A stretch of 64,000 nt of DNA from the human T2T-CHM13v2.0 reference genome, Homo sapiens, in assembly GCF_009914755.1 (NCBI RefSeq), contig NC_060933.1. One strand, written 5' to 3'. Of the stretch, positions 37,840 to 51,490 are shown piece by piece. A program made the position numbers and the translations under genes. Below the pieces are notes generated by a model that was not told where the DNA came from, searched no databases, and saw only the letters and a list, made by a program, of their open reading frames with translations. Positions within the stretch are counted from its first letter, which is position 1; every line of letters begins with the position of its first letter.

Positions 37840-37972
37840 AATTATTATTAGAGACAGGGTCTTGCTATGTTGCCCAGGCTGGTCTCAAACTCCTGCGCTC
37901 AAGTGATCCCCCTGCCTCAGCCTCAGTCCCCTGAAGTGCTGGGATTATAGGTGAGAGCCACTGCACTTGGCC
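37840..37972 (-). mobile_element. FLAM/AluJ left monomer
   Basis: TSD catgtacaagtttt. Confidence 0.85.
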
Positions 37973-38209
37973 CATGTACAAGTTTTTGCATGTACAAGTA
38001 CATGTACTTGTACTTGTACTTGGCCCATGTACAAGTATGTACACATATGTTTACATGTCTCTTGGATATATACCTATATTTTTGCTTTATGGGTGTGGAA
38101 ACTGAGGCCCCAAGAGGTCACTTACTCAAAGTTACCAGCTAGAACTCAAACGGACTGTCCCTTTAACCTAAATGTGTTTGATTTCCAACTCAGAGCTCTT
38201 TCAACTGTA

Positions 38210-38210
<1 letters not shown>

Positions 38211-38245
<35 letters not shown>

Positions 38246-38249
38246 TCAC
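38211..38249. repeat. (CA)n microsatellite
   Basis: Seen directly in the sequence. Confidence 0.95.
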
Positions 38250-39579
38250 ATGCATGTAAATTCATTCACACATACACACACCAGCACCAGTCAACAAACG
38301 CTCCTTTGAGCCCTTTGCTTTGTCCAGGGCAAAAGTTCAAGAGAGGCAAACAGAAGTGGCACGATGCTGAGAGAGATAAATGAGGCTTCCAAAGAATAAA
38401 TAAGTCAGAACATTGATTTGAATATTACCAAGGGATAGACCAGAAACATTTAACGGATTATAAAGAGGTTAGTGAAGAGCGAATGGCCCAAATTTGGCCT
38501 TAGGAGCATGCACACCACTCATATTGATTGTGATGAGATTTCTGGAAGTGAACGCACTTTACCAGAAAAATAGTATGCAAGTCAAAGATGTTGCTGTGTA
38601 GAGAGCCGCACTGGAAATCAGGACATGGCCCTGCTCATGGAAGGCTGTGACCACCCAGTTATTTACTCCCGGAGAGCGGGGGCAGCTTACATCAGGAAAG
38701 TTGCTTACTCTCAGGGTTAGTACAGGAAGATTTGATTTCACTGTTTCTTTGAGTGAGCCGGATCAGAAGCTATTCTGAGCGTCCTCAAAGGAAATGTGCC
38801 AGAAATCATAAATAAAGAAGTCAAGCGCATCCAGTGGCCATATCAAATGTGACATTCCTGAAGAATATGGGAACATGCTATCTTTCAAGCTGCTGATTCT
38901 TAAAAAAGGAAAAAGTAGAAAATACCTTAGTCCCAGGGAACAAGAGAAGCCTCTAGAGTTAAAACCTAAACCGAGACAACATAATTCAGGATGTAAAGAG
39001 AAAAGCAGTGTTTATCAAAGTGCGAGACTCAGCCATTCGTTGAACATATCTTTATTTTTGACAGTCTCTGCACCAGTCACTCTGTCCCCACTGTTCTCTA
39101 GCCCCCGGCTCTGCTTTATTTTTTCTTTCTTACAGTAGTATTTTGTACAGGTTTATTGTTCCCTGGACACATTGTATAAGTGTATTGTTGACTTGCTTAT
39201 TGTTTATCTCCCAGGCAGGAACTAAAAGTTCTAGGACAGAAACCTGTTTCTTCTTACTCACCTCACTTCCAGATGTTGGTTCCAATTTCCTAATTCACCC
39301 CCCTGGCTCCTTTGACCTCTTTCCAATCCATTTTCCTGAAACCAGGCTTGTCATTTCCCTGCTAAAAGTCTTCAGGGTGTCCCCTGGCCTGTGGGACCTT
39401 GAGGTTGCATGCTGAAAGGGGCCTGGGCTCCCCATTCTTGGCTACCTGACATCAGGAGGTTCCAGATGAAAACACTTTTTGACCCCCATCTCTGGCTTAG
39501 GGCATTTGACATTTTTCCAGGAGCTCTCACCTCTCAGGGCTACTCTCCCCTGATTTCAGCATACTCCCTTGGGTGAGAA

Positions 39580-39656
39580 GGAAGGAAGGAAGGAAGGAAG
39601 GAAGGAAGGGAGGGAGGGAGGGAGGGAGGGAGGGAGGGAGGGGAGAGGGAGGGAGG
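39580..39656. repeat. (GGAA)7(GGGA)8 polypurine microsatellite
   Basis: Counted directly. Confidence 0.95.
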
Positions 39657-39908
39657 ATTTTTTCACCATGCTTTGATTTAATTTGCTCAGCTACTAATCA
39701 AGGTGTTGCTCATCTCTCCTGGGACATATCCCTGAACTGTCCAGGCTGAAGGCAGATGACGCCTCGACTGATGCCATTGCATTGCAGAAGGGTCCTTCCT
39801 GCAGTCAGCCCCTGACAGTGCCCCCTCTGGGGAAGAGTGGGTCCAGGGACAGACGAGAGGAAGCACCTTGCTGAGTTGTGCTGACACTGGCCAGGAGTGG
39901 CCTCGCTC

Positions 39909-39919
39909 TGCTGAGTCAT
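39909..39919 (-). promoter_or_regulatory. Consensus NRF2/NF-E2/BACH (ARE) motif ATGACTCAGCA
   Basis: + strand TGCTGAGTCAT; motif match only. Confidence 0.35.
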
Positions 39920-40504
39920 TGTATGGGGTATGTGTGGCTGCATTAAGGAATAGAGACCACTCTGGTGGCTGCTGTTGAGGATGGCCAAGATCATCAGAGG
40001 ACAGGAAGCTAAGCCACCTGGCTACTCTCTCTGGAGCTCAGAATGGTGTTCAGGACCAGGAACATCCTTCAGGGGCCAGTGCCGTTCTAGTGTCCTCCAG
40101 GCTTTGGGGTGCCACCTGCCAGAGGCATTCTCTGCTCTAAGGCCCCTCCATCAGCTCCTCCACCTCCATGGCCCAGATGGGGCCATGGGTCCTTCCCCTG
40201 TCCACTAATGTCTCTCTCCTACCTTCATCCCACCTCCTGACTTCTGCTTCTACTTCTCATTTATTCTTAGCTTCCTCTTGCTACCTTCTGTATGTGTCAT
40301 TTGGCTTCTGCCTTTGGGAAACCAGAGTCCTGCCTCTCTCCAGAGGCTCACTCTCAAACTCTGCCACAGAGGCTGTGTGGGCTCAGCTGGTCACCCGTAC
40401 ACCTGCAGTGCTGCCCCAGAAGTCACTACCCTGTTCGTGGGGTGGCTGCCTTTGCAACAAGCCCCTACCTTAATCCAGTGTGCAAGGGGTGGGTACATGG
40501 GTAG

Positions 40505-41180
<676 letters not shown>

Positions 41181-42199
41181 TACATCTTTTCCCAATATAG
41201 ATGGCAAAGGAGCAAATGAGATTGTGGAGGTGGATATGCTTTGGAAGGTATAACATGCTGTATTGGTACAAAATAATATTAATTGTTGATAATTATTGAT
41301 AATTAACGTAGCCATTATTGTGGCTACTAATGAAAGTTTTGCTTCCCTGGAACTTGTGGACCAAGGGCAGTGGTTACCAATGGCCATGGTCTTTGATTCC
41401 CAAACTCTTGCCAGGAAAGTTGCTGGGACACCAGCCTCCCTCTGCCACCCTGCATTAAAGCTGCTTCATCTAGAATCCTCTGAACCTGCCTCCCCATCTC
41501 ACTGTTGCTCCTCTGGTGGCTCAGGGCTCCCCCCATCCCAAAGTACACAGATCTTCAGGCCCCAAAGATTCCCAGGTGCTTTCATTTCAGAGCTACTTCC
41601 ACCAAGGACCCACAACCTTCCAAAGGGCTGGGACCAGCTTGCTCTTCTTCTCAGCCCTGCCCAGGGGATGGGCAAGAGGGTCATGGCTGCCCACAACCCC
41701 TAGTCCACATACTCCAGCCCCATGGAGAGAAGGACTCTTCCTCTATCGAAGTCTTAAATTCCAAATACATGACAATGGCTGATTGAGCTTGAGTCAGAGG
41801 TCCACACTGGGTAATCAGCTACAACCAAGGGCCATGTTGTACAAACATAGCTGCCAGGAGCCCACCTCTGAGACAGGGAGTGGGCAATGGTTGAGGGAGT
41901 CATTCAGGGCCAAGCAGATACCCCTGATGAGGTCCTTTACACCAAGGAAGCTGGCGTACATCAGAGGGCTTGGAGCCTGTCGCAGTAACACGCTGCCACT
42001 AGATCTCTCCTAGCGCCTTGGGTTTTCTCTACTGTGGAGCTCTACTGTGTAGGAGACAGTATTCCGTGTAATGGAATTCCCCACAAAAAAATTCATGTAA
42101 TGTGGCATTTACAACTCAAATGATGCCACAGAAGGGTTGCATGTTATGGTCAAAGTCAAAACCGGTTTCCCTCTGGCAATGTGGTGTGATTGGTGAAGA

Positions 42200-42599
42200 T
42201 TATTTTTAATTTTTATTTTATGTATTTATTTATTTTTGAGACAGAGTCTCGCTCTGTCGCCAGGCTGGAGTGCAGTGGCACAATCTCAGCTCACTGCAAC
42301 CTCCGTCTCCTGGATTGCAGTGGCACAATCTCGGCTCACCGCAACCTCCGCCTCCTGGAGTGCAGTGGCACAATCTTGGCTCACTGCGACCTCCGCCTCC
42401 TGGTTCAAGCGACTCTCCTGCCTCAGCCTCCCGAGTAGCTGGGTCTACAGGCGTGCACCACCACACCTGGCTATTTTTTGTATTTTTAGTAGAGATGGGG
42501 TTTCACCATATTGGTCTCGATCTGTTGACCTCGTCGTGATCCACCTGCCTCGGCCTCCCAAAGTGCTGGGATTACAGGCGTGAACCACCGCGCCCGGCC
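42200..42599 (-). mobile_element. AluSc-like with an internal 45-bp triplication
   Basis: Units start at 42265, 42310 and 42355. Confidence 0.95.
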
Positions 42600-43067
42600 G
42601 ATTGACGATGATATTAAAGAAAGCCTAAGCAAAACCAGCTCCCAGGACCTGTTGCCACCGGAGCCACTCCCCTGGTTCCAGGTGCTGGGCCTGTGCTTAG
42701 TCAGGGCTTGGTTAGTCATAAAACAGAAATTCACTGAACTCCTGGGAGTGATCACCTGTTGCTTTTGCCTATTTGGATTCTTTTCCCATTATTCTGAAAA
42801 CGGGCCCTGTGATTTCTTTTTTTAAAGGATTCTTCACCCTATCTTAGTCTGTTTGGCTTAGGTGGGCCTGACACCAATCCTCAGATACAGAGGTAAGTAC
42901 ATGGATTGCAATAGGTCAAGGGGGTCGTGTGACCCAGTCTGGGCCAAAGACAGTCAGCCCTGTGACCTTTTCCAGATGAGCCAATGGGTCAGCAGAAACC
43001 CTGGTCTGCAGAGTAAAAGGACCAGATATGCAGAGAAAAGCAGAAATGGGATATTGTGTGGAGGAAG

Positions 43068-43072
<5 letters not shown>

Positions 43073-43098
<26 letters not shown>
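43073..43098. repeat. (GA)n microsatellite
   Basis: Seen directly in the sequence. Confidence 0.9.
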
Positions 43099-43101
<3 letters not shown>

Positions 43102-43229
43102 GGAGGCAGAAGCAACCTTCTCATTCCTGTGATTTCTGGTTATTCTTTCTATAGCAGGAGTCCATGTGACTTTCCCCTTTGCTTTCTAATGACCTCCATT
43201 TTTAGTTGAAATTCTCTATTAGTCAAGAT

Positions 43230-43700
<471 letters not shown>

Positions 43701-43944
43701 AAGTCCAGGCCGACTCCCCTGCTGTTGGTCATGGCTGTTTGCTTTCAACGCTGTGGGGATGGGGGTTGGAAGGTGCAGAGAAAGAGGAAGGAAGGGCATG
43801 ACATGTTTTTAGTGTCCACGAATGTGAAGTCCCTCTCAAGCCCATTTACATGTGACAGTGACAGAGCCCATTTACAACCTCAACAAGGAGGGCCAGTCTT
43901 GTGCATTGAAACCTCCTGTTTCTGAGCTCTTCATGGGCTTGTAT

Positions 43945-44241
43945 TTTAAAATAATATATATATTTATATATTATAAAATTATATTAAATATGTTTTATAT
44001 AGATAACATATTAATATAATATAATATAGATAATATATAACATATTTAATATAATTTTATCATATTAATAATTATTAATATATAATTATATATTATAATT
44101 ATATAAATATTATATAAACTATAAAATATAAACATTATATATAATATAATTATAATATAAATATTATATATAATATATTATAATATAAATATAATATACA
44201 TATTATATATTATATATAATTATATATTACATATATAATTT
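43945..44241. repeat. About 300-bp AT-rich degenerate (TA/TAA)n tract
   Basis: Almost only A/T; adjoins an antisense Alu left monomer at 44250-44368. Confidence 0.95.
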
Positions 44242-44629
44242 GAGAGAGACAGAGAGAGGCAGGTCTCGCAATGTTGCCTAGGCTGGTCTTGAACTTCTGG
44301 CCTTAAATGATCCTCTTGCCTTGGCCTCGCAAAGTGCTGGGATTACAAGTGTGAGCCACCACACCCTGCCTCTTCATGGGTTCGAATAGGCAAAGACGGG
44401 CAGGATTTGGGAAAGGGTATGGGAAGAATTTGAAGGGGTGAACAACAGCAGCAACAGCTAACATGGTGGAGCTGGCGCTGTGCTAAGTGTTTCCCATAAC
44501 TGTTTGATGAAATCCTCACCACCAACCTACTATCTTCAACTTTTATTATCCTCACTTGCAGATGTGATTAAGGTTCAGAGAGGTTAGGTAACTCTGCTAT
44601 GATCACACAGCTGATAAAATGCAGAGCCA

Positions 44630-44922
44630 GGCCGGGCGCGATGGCTCGTGCCTGTAATCTCAACACTTTGGGAGGCTGAGATGGGCGGATCACGAGGTCA
44701 GGAGTTCAAGACCAGCCTGGCCAACATAGTGAAACCCCGTCTCTACTAAAAATACAAAAAATTAGCCGGGCGTGGTGGCGGGTGACTGTAATGCCAGCTA
44801 CTCAGGAGGCTGAGGCAGGAGAATCACTTGAACCTAGGAGGAGCGGGGGTTGCAGTGAGCTGAGATTGCGTCACCGCACTCCAGCCTGGGCGACAGTGAG
44901 ACTCTGTCTCAAAAAAAAAAAA
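44630..44922 (+). mobile_element. AluSg inserted in a MIR
   Basis: TSD gcagagcca. Confidence 0.95.
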
Positions 44923-45114
44923 GCAGAGCCAGGTTCACAGTCGGGCCATGTGGGAGCAGAACGCTTGCATTTAACCACGGCACTGTCTTGCCTCTCAAGG
45001 GAGAGAGATGCACAAAGGATGAAGGAAAAAGCCTGAGGAGGCTGGGAGTTGTGGTGCCATGGGAGGTAAAGGTGCCAGGGAAAACTTCCTGAAGGGGGAG
45101 TTAACAAAAGAACT

Positions 45115-45400
45115 TTTATTTATTTTTTATTTTTATTTTTTCTGAGATGGAGTCTCGCTCTGTTGCCCAGGCTGGAGTGCAGTGGCTTGATCTCAGATCA
45201 CTGCAACCTCCTGCCTCCACCTCCTGAGTAGCTGGGATTACAGGCACCTGCCACCACACCCAGCTAATTTTTGTATTTTTAGTGGAGATGGGGTTTCGCC
45301 ATGTTGGCCTGGCTGGTCTCGAACTCCTGACCTCAGGTGATCTGCCCACCTTGGCCTCCCAAAGTGTTGGGATTATAGGCGTGAGCCACCGCGCCCGGCC
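45115..45400 (-). mobile_element. Alu (AluSx) with a small internal deletion
   Basis: TSD acaaaagaactttt. Confidence 0.95.
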
Positions 45401-46199
45401 ACAAAAGAACTTTTAAGAACAGGATTGTCCAGTGTTCGTTGGAAGGTATATGAATTGCAGCGCTTCTTAAAACCATCCTTCTGACCTCCCTAAATCTCCC
45501 TCTGCCTGCTTTGTACACAAATACCTTCTGAGATGGGTTTCTGGTGAAACAGAGGAAGGTGCTGGCTGAGTTCCACGTCTCAGTCAGAGCTGTGTCAAAA
45601 TGAAACAGCAGGCCTGGGTCAGCGGCCCAAGCCAGACACTAAACGAATTTAGCAGAAGCTGCAGCTCTGATGCAGAGGGGAGTATGAAAAGGCAAGCCAT
45701 TCCAGAACTCTCCGAAATATTGGGGACAGTGTTACACTTCCATAGGGTGTGAAATATGCATTTGAACTGATATTTTTGAAATAGTCAAGAGGAAGGGAGG
45801 CCCCAGCTGACAAATGGATTACACAAAGGTGGTAAACTGATGCCCCAAACCCTGGGAACATCAGCTACCTCTCTACGCCCCCATGCCTCCCCTTGGGCTG
45901 GAGTTGGAGGATGAAGACTCTGGGGTATGTTTGGCATGGGGTGGGCTGATGATATATGCAAGAAAAAGGCCAGAGAGCGGCTTGGAGTCCTTGGGTCTCA
46001 GTTTCTGGAGGCAAAAACCTTCTTTTTGGTACTGGGGCATAAGGACAGTCAAATGAACTTCTAAGGGGAGGGTCCTTGATGCTGGCTCCCAGATCCTGGG
46101 CTGACTTTGCTGCCATTAATGGAAGGGTCCCAGGGCTTGGCGTGGAGCTGACTCTGAAGGCAGGCCTCAATTGGCTCCTGTTCTAAGGAGAAGGGAAGA

Positions 46200-47070
46200 G
46201 AGGGGCAGGGAGCCAGGCAGAACTTGGCAAGGGACAGGGAGGAGGGAATGAGACCAGGCTGGTAAACTCTGATGAGGAGAAAGTCTGGAGCACTGGGCCT
46301 GGAATGGGAGGGCAGCGTGGGCCTGGAGGGGCTGCCTCAGAAGCAGCCGAAGCAGCAGCCAGAGCCGGCGAGAGGGAGATGGCAGGAAGCAGGGAGGTAA
46401 ACTTGTCCCGCTGCCCACCTGGGCAGACTCAAAAGCCATTAGGTTTCCCAGAGCAGCAGGCTTGGTGAGAGATGCATCTTGTCTGCTGCCAGAGGGGAGG
46501 TCTGGCCAGGAAGACAGCCAGGAGTCAGATCTCCCAGCTGCAGAGCTCTTAGGTGAGTTCCTAGCTTTGCTCCCTTCCCTCGGTGTCGGCTTCTCCCAGG
46601 CTCCGTTTGTTCTTCTTGCTGCCGCTTCTCTCCCTCTATGCTCTCCCTTCGAGGTTTGCAGTGTCACCTGCATCCTGACAACTACCAGAGTTCCAGCTTC
46701 TTCCCTGAGTTCTCTCCTGGGAGCCCCTGATCTGGCATCCTTCACCCCATGCTGTGCCACAGACCCTCACATTCAGGGGGTCCCAAATTGAATTCTTCTG
46801 CCTCCCTGGGGATAGGGAGCAAAAGGTGACAAGTGCTCTTTTCTTCGTCCCCCAACCCTCACCCGCAAAGGGGAGAGCTATGCGCCAGACCTCAAGCCCC
46901 CTGGCGGAGCCAGCTTCCCAGGAATCCGACCCCACCCTTGGCCTCGCGCCTCTCTGCCTCATGCTGGTGCTCTTCTTCCTTTCCATCCAATCTGGGCTCT
47001 CCCTCTCGGCTGCCTTCGCACCGTGCTGTGGAAGCCATGGCCCCCGCTCCCCGGGAAAACGCAAGGTGAG
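46200..47070 (+). promoter_or_regulatory. Candidate promoter or alternative first exon(s)
   Basis: Repeat-free, GC-rich and CpG-retaining; donors AG|GTGAGT after 46552 and AAG|GTGAGG after 47065; gccATGG at 47037; CCAAT at 46987. Confidence 0.45.
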
Positions 47071-47300
47071 GGGATCCTGAGATTTGGTTTGGCCTTGGAG
47101 GGAGAGGCCATCCTGAGCTTTAAGTCAACCTAGGAAGGGCATGGGACAGAGGACAGAAACCCAACTGACAGCACAGGGACCTGTTTCCTTCAATTCTCTG
47201 TTCCCTGCAGAGATGGCTCCTTGGGGACTGCGCAGAGAAGAGTGAAGGGAAAGACGGTGTCAGAACTTCCTGGGTCCCTCTGTCTAAAACCTCTCAATAA
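46880..47300 (+). CDS. Speculative two-exon small ORF (46880-47065 joined to 47211-47300; 91 aa) with a hydrophobic segment
   Basis: Donor after 47065; pyrimidine-rich acceptor ttctctgttccctgcag ending at 47210; stop TAA inside AATAAA (47296-47301); no homology recognised. Confidence 0.15.
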
Positions 47301-47585
47301 AACCTCATTCCACCCTTATCTCCAACAATCTTTCCCCCTTCAAATCCACTCTTGCTTTTGTATTTACTTTGTAAACAGCTGAGGACCTTCAGCTCTTAGG
47401 TTTCCAATTATGACACAATTTTATTTTTCTAGTAACTGCCACCAGCAGGACTCCATGAAGCCCTCTGCCTGGCTGGGAGTTATGTGTCTTTGACCACACC
47501 TGGGTTCCATTTCTTTCAGATGGTTTTGGCTATAAGAACAGTCTTATTCTAGTTAAGACCTGGTAATTTTAAAACTTCAGGCTCA

Positions 47586-47903
<318 letters not shown>

Positions 47904-49164
47904 AAACCTTCAGGCTCAGATCTGTTTCAAAATTTAGTTCTTCCTCTGCAAGGCAAGCTGGGCTGGGAGCTCTAAGGGCTTGAAGTGTGAGTGTGTGTGT
48001 GTTTTGGGGAGTTCAGAGGTCACACGCACACACACTCACACCCCTTCTCTGGGCTCACCCCTAGGGTTGGGGCTTGAGGAGAAGAAAGAAGGACACAGCT
48101 GTCTCTGGACTGACCCTTGGCTAGAAGATTGTGTGGTGCCCCTCCTGTAACCCATGGCTGTGGTGGGCTGAGCTCAAAGCCTGACACCTGGCGGTTGTAG
48201 GTGAAGGCCCCTATAGGCCCCACTGATCAGGGACTCAATTCCAGGCCCCTTCCTCAGGCACTGGTGGTTTCTCCCCAGAGAAGTGACACCTTCCAGTTAA
48301 TCTTTGGCCGGCCCCTGTGCCACACCCCTCCCTTATGTTGAGATTCTTGGACCCGTGCTGAGAGGGTCCAAGCATGGGTTCAAGAATCTGCAGCCCCCGA
48401 GTCTTACCTTCCATAGCCTCTGCTCCCAGACCCCCGTGTCTCCCAGGAACCGGAAGCCCAGGGGCCTTTCCCTGGCACTGCTCTCCACAACCCCATCTGA
48501 TGGCCCTGGGGCTGAGCAGATGTCTGGCCAGGGAATGACACGTGAGTCCCCCCGCTTCTTACAGTCACCCCCAGACTTGATCAGCAGATCAAGTCTCCCC
48601 TCCTCTGCAGAGTTCTGAGGGGTAGAGAAGACATTTTTATGTCTGAAAAGGTGTATATGTGCAAATTCTGGTGTCTCTCAAGGTAAAGCTCAACCAGACC
48701 GATTTGGCCTCTCTCCCCCTGGGGGACAGAGTCTCAGGGTGGCTCTCACTGGTGACCTCTGGAACAGAAGATTCCTATCAGGACCTCCCATGGTGCCTTT
48801 ACACCAGCCTTGCCCACAGCATCTTCCCAGACACAGGGCTAGACATCCGGAAGTCAGGGCATCATCCTAACTGCCCTCTCCTCTTTCCTGCCCCACAACA
48901 TCTCCTCGGTCACCAGACCTACTTCTCTGCTCCTGGTTCAGGTTCAGGTTCATGGCCTGGACGTCAGCACGGGTCTCACTAGTTTCCCTGCCCAAGTTCC
49001 TCCCCTCCACTGGCAGTGACCTTCCTAAGCCTTAATCTTAGTTTCATCACTTCCCTTCACATCTGATGGCTCCCTATTACCCAGAGAATCATATTTCAAC
49101 TTCTTACTTTCAAATTCTAGGCTTCTCTTGATGTGATCTCCACCCTCATCTCCAGCCAGGTACA

Positions 49165-49320
49165 CACAGTGTGACAGTTGGTAATGACTGGCCCCAGAGC
49201 ACTGTGTTGAGGGCTGTGAGGGTTGAATCAGGGTTCAGTGGGAAGGAGAGTGCGGTGATCAATTAGTGATGCCTGCCATGGACGCAGGGGCGGCAGAACT
49301 GCAAGGTTTTTGCCACCCTG
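49165..49320. mobile_element. MER117-like hAT element within L2
   Basis: gcactgtgttgag...gtgatcaattagtgatgcctgccatgg...ttgccaccctg. Confidence 0.55.
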
Positions 49321-50589
49321 TGCTAGTCATATTAAACTGTCCACATTTTCTCACCTGGAATCCAGCTGGACTCTCCTTCTTTCCTTTCTCCATGGCTCAG
49401 GATTGGGGTATGAAGACCCATGTCTCAGGTTATTGCCACCATGAACTCACCATTCTCCCCCAAACTTGCCAAATATTTACACATGCTGTTCCCCGCTGCT
49501 GAGACTCCCTTCCATTTGTCCTCCATTGGACAAATCTCTCCTCATTTTTCTGTCCTAATGAACTCGGGTGACCATGTTTCTCAGTTGCCTGGGCTTGCAC
49601 TGTGGTGCTGGCATTATTAATAACCAATCATTATTAATAGCACCCCTTTCACTTTCACACCTGTCTCAGTTTGCACTATGAATCATCCATGCTTACCTGG
49701 ATTCTAGCACATGTGATGCCAAAGACCCTTGTGTCATTTAGGTCTGTCTTGTCAACACTCATCCCAGTGTCTGGCACAGATAGGATCGTTGGAGTGGAGT
49801 GGAATTGAGCTAATGGGAAGAAGGAGAGAAAGCAGGCAGAAGGGTGAGGTGGGGAGACCCAGTGGCCCCAGTCAGAGGAGTGGAATAGTCAATAACAACA
49901 TCAGAGAAGAAACCAGGGCTTCCAATCAGGCCTGCAGATCACTCCTGGGAGGGGAGGGGCCGTGATGGAGACACCGATGGGGTAGAACATAAACAATCTG
50001 ATGAGGAAGGCCCAGACCTTGCTGGCTCACTCATGGCATCGGAAAGTGAGAGATCTAAAAATAAAGCTGGCAGACAGAGAGGAAGTGGGCCCAGCTGAGG
50101 TGCAGCCCTGTGCCTCTGGCTGCCGGCTCCCTGTGGCCAGGCTCCGAGGGGGTCCTGGTGACAGGGCTGAAGCCTCAGGGTCTCTACACATGCAGTTCTC
50201 ACTGCTTGGAATGTGCCTTTCCTGAGCCCTTCCCCCAGCAAACTCCTCTTCCTGAAGACTTCAGCTTAAAGGACCCTTAATAATCATTCTCTGACTCTCA
50301 CCCCCTCCCGCAACCCACATCCTGGATAGATCAGTCCTCCCTGTTATACTCCCCGCGATCTTTCCTCCATGGTTCTGTCATTAGATCTTACTTACGTGAT
50401 CATCTACCTAACGTCTACCGAACTCCTTCACACGACTTTGAGCAGAGGCTGAGAGCAGGGGCTTGAAATCCGATGCCTGGGCTCAAATTCTGCTCTGTTT
50501 ACACAGGCTGTGTGACCTTGGGCATCTCTTTGTACCTCTCTGTGCCTCATCTGTAAAATCTTTCCTTGTCTAAAATGGAGATAACACTC

Positions 50590-50895
50590 TGGGCATGGTG
50601 GCTCATACCTGTAATCCCAGCACACTTTGGGAGGCCGAGGCGGACAGATCACTTGAGCCCAGGAGTTCAAGACCAGCCTGGGCAACCTGGTCAAACCCCA
50701 TGTCTACGAAATATACAAAAACGAGCCAGACATGATGGCACATACCTGTGGTCCCAGCTACTCAGGAGGCTGAGGCTGGAGGATCACTTGAGCCTGGGAG
50801 GTCAGCACTGCAGTGAGCCATGATTGCATCACTTCACTCTAGCCTAGGCGACAGAGTGAGACCTAGTGTCAAAAAAAAAAATAAAATAAAATAAA
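50590..50895 (+). mobile_element. AluJ inserted in a MIR (about 50440-50970, +)
   Basis: TSD aaaatggaga; MIR core gctgtgtgaccttgggc...gcctcatctgtaaaat. Confidence 0.9.
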
Positions 50896-51199
50896 AATGG
50901 AGACAATGCCAGCAACTGCTTGTCAGCATTGTTGTAAGGATAATGTGTGTTGAAGCACATGGGGTATTTAGAACCTGCCATCCCTGACACATGGCAGGCC
51001 CCTTTACTAGTGGCGTTCAGTATTGTTATCACCCGAGGCCAGGGTCAAATCTGTATTCTTACCTCACTTTGCAGCACCTAGCAAAGTGCCTGGCAAGCTC
51101 AGTAATGACTGCCGAATGAATGTGTCTTTATTTATGCACCACCTTGTTCCAAAAAAGACTTGAGGCTGTAAGATGACATATGTCATTGAGAGCATTGTG

Positions 51200-51490
<291 letters not shown>

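Noticed and set aside
39817-39836. CTCF-like motif agtgccccctctgggg (also 27790-27803)
   Set aside because: Spacing or core bases deviate from CCASYAGRKGGCRS, so it cannot be supported from sequence alone.
46167-46760. Longest ORF in the window (197 aa, minus strand)
   Set aside because: It has no ATG at the annotated start and no recognisable domain. Open frames are expected in GC-rich DNA, and the splice signals favour the + strand.
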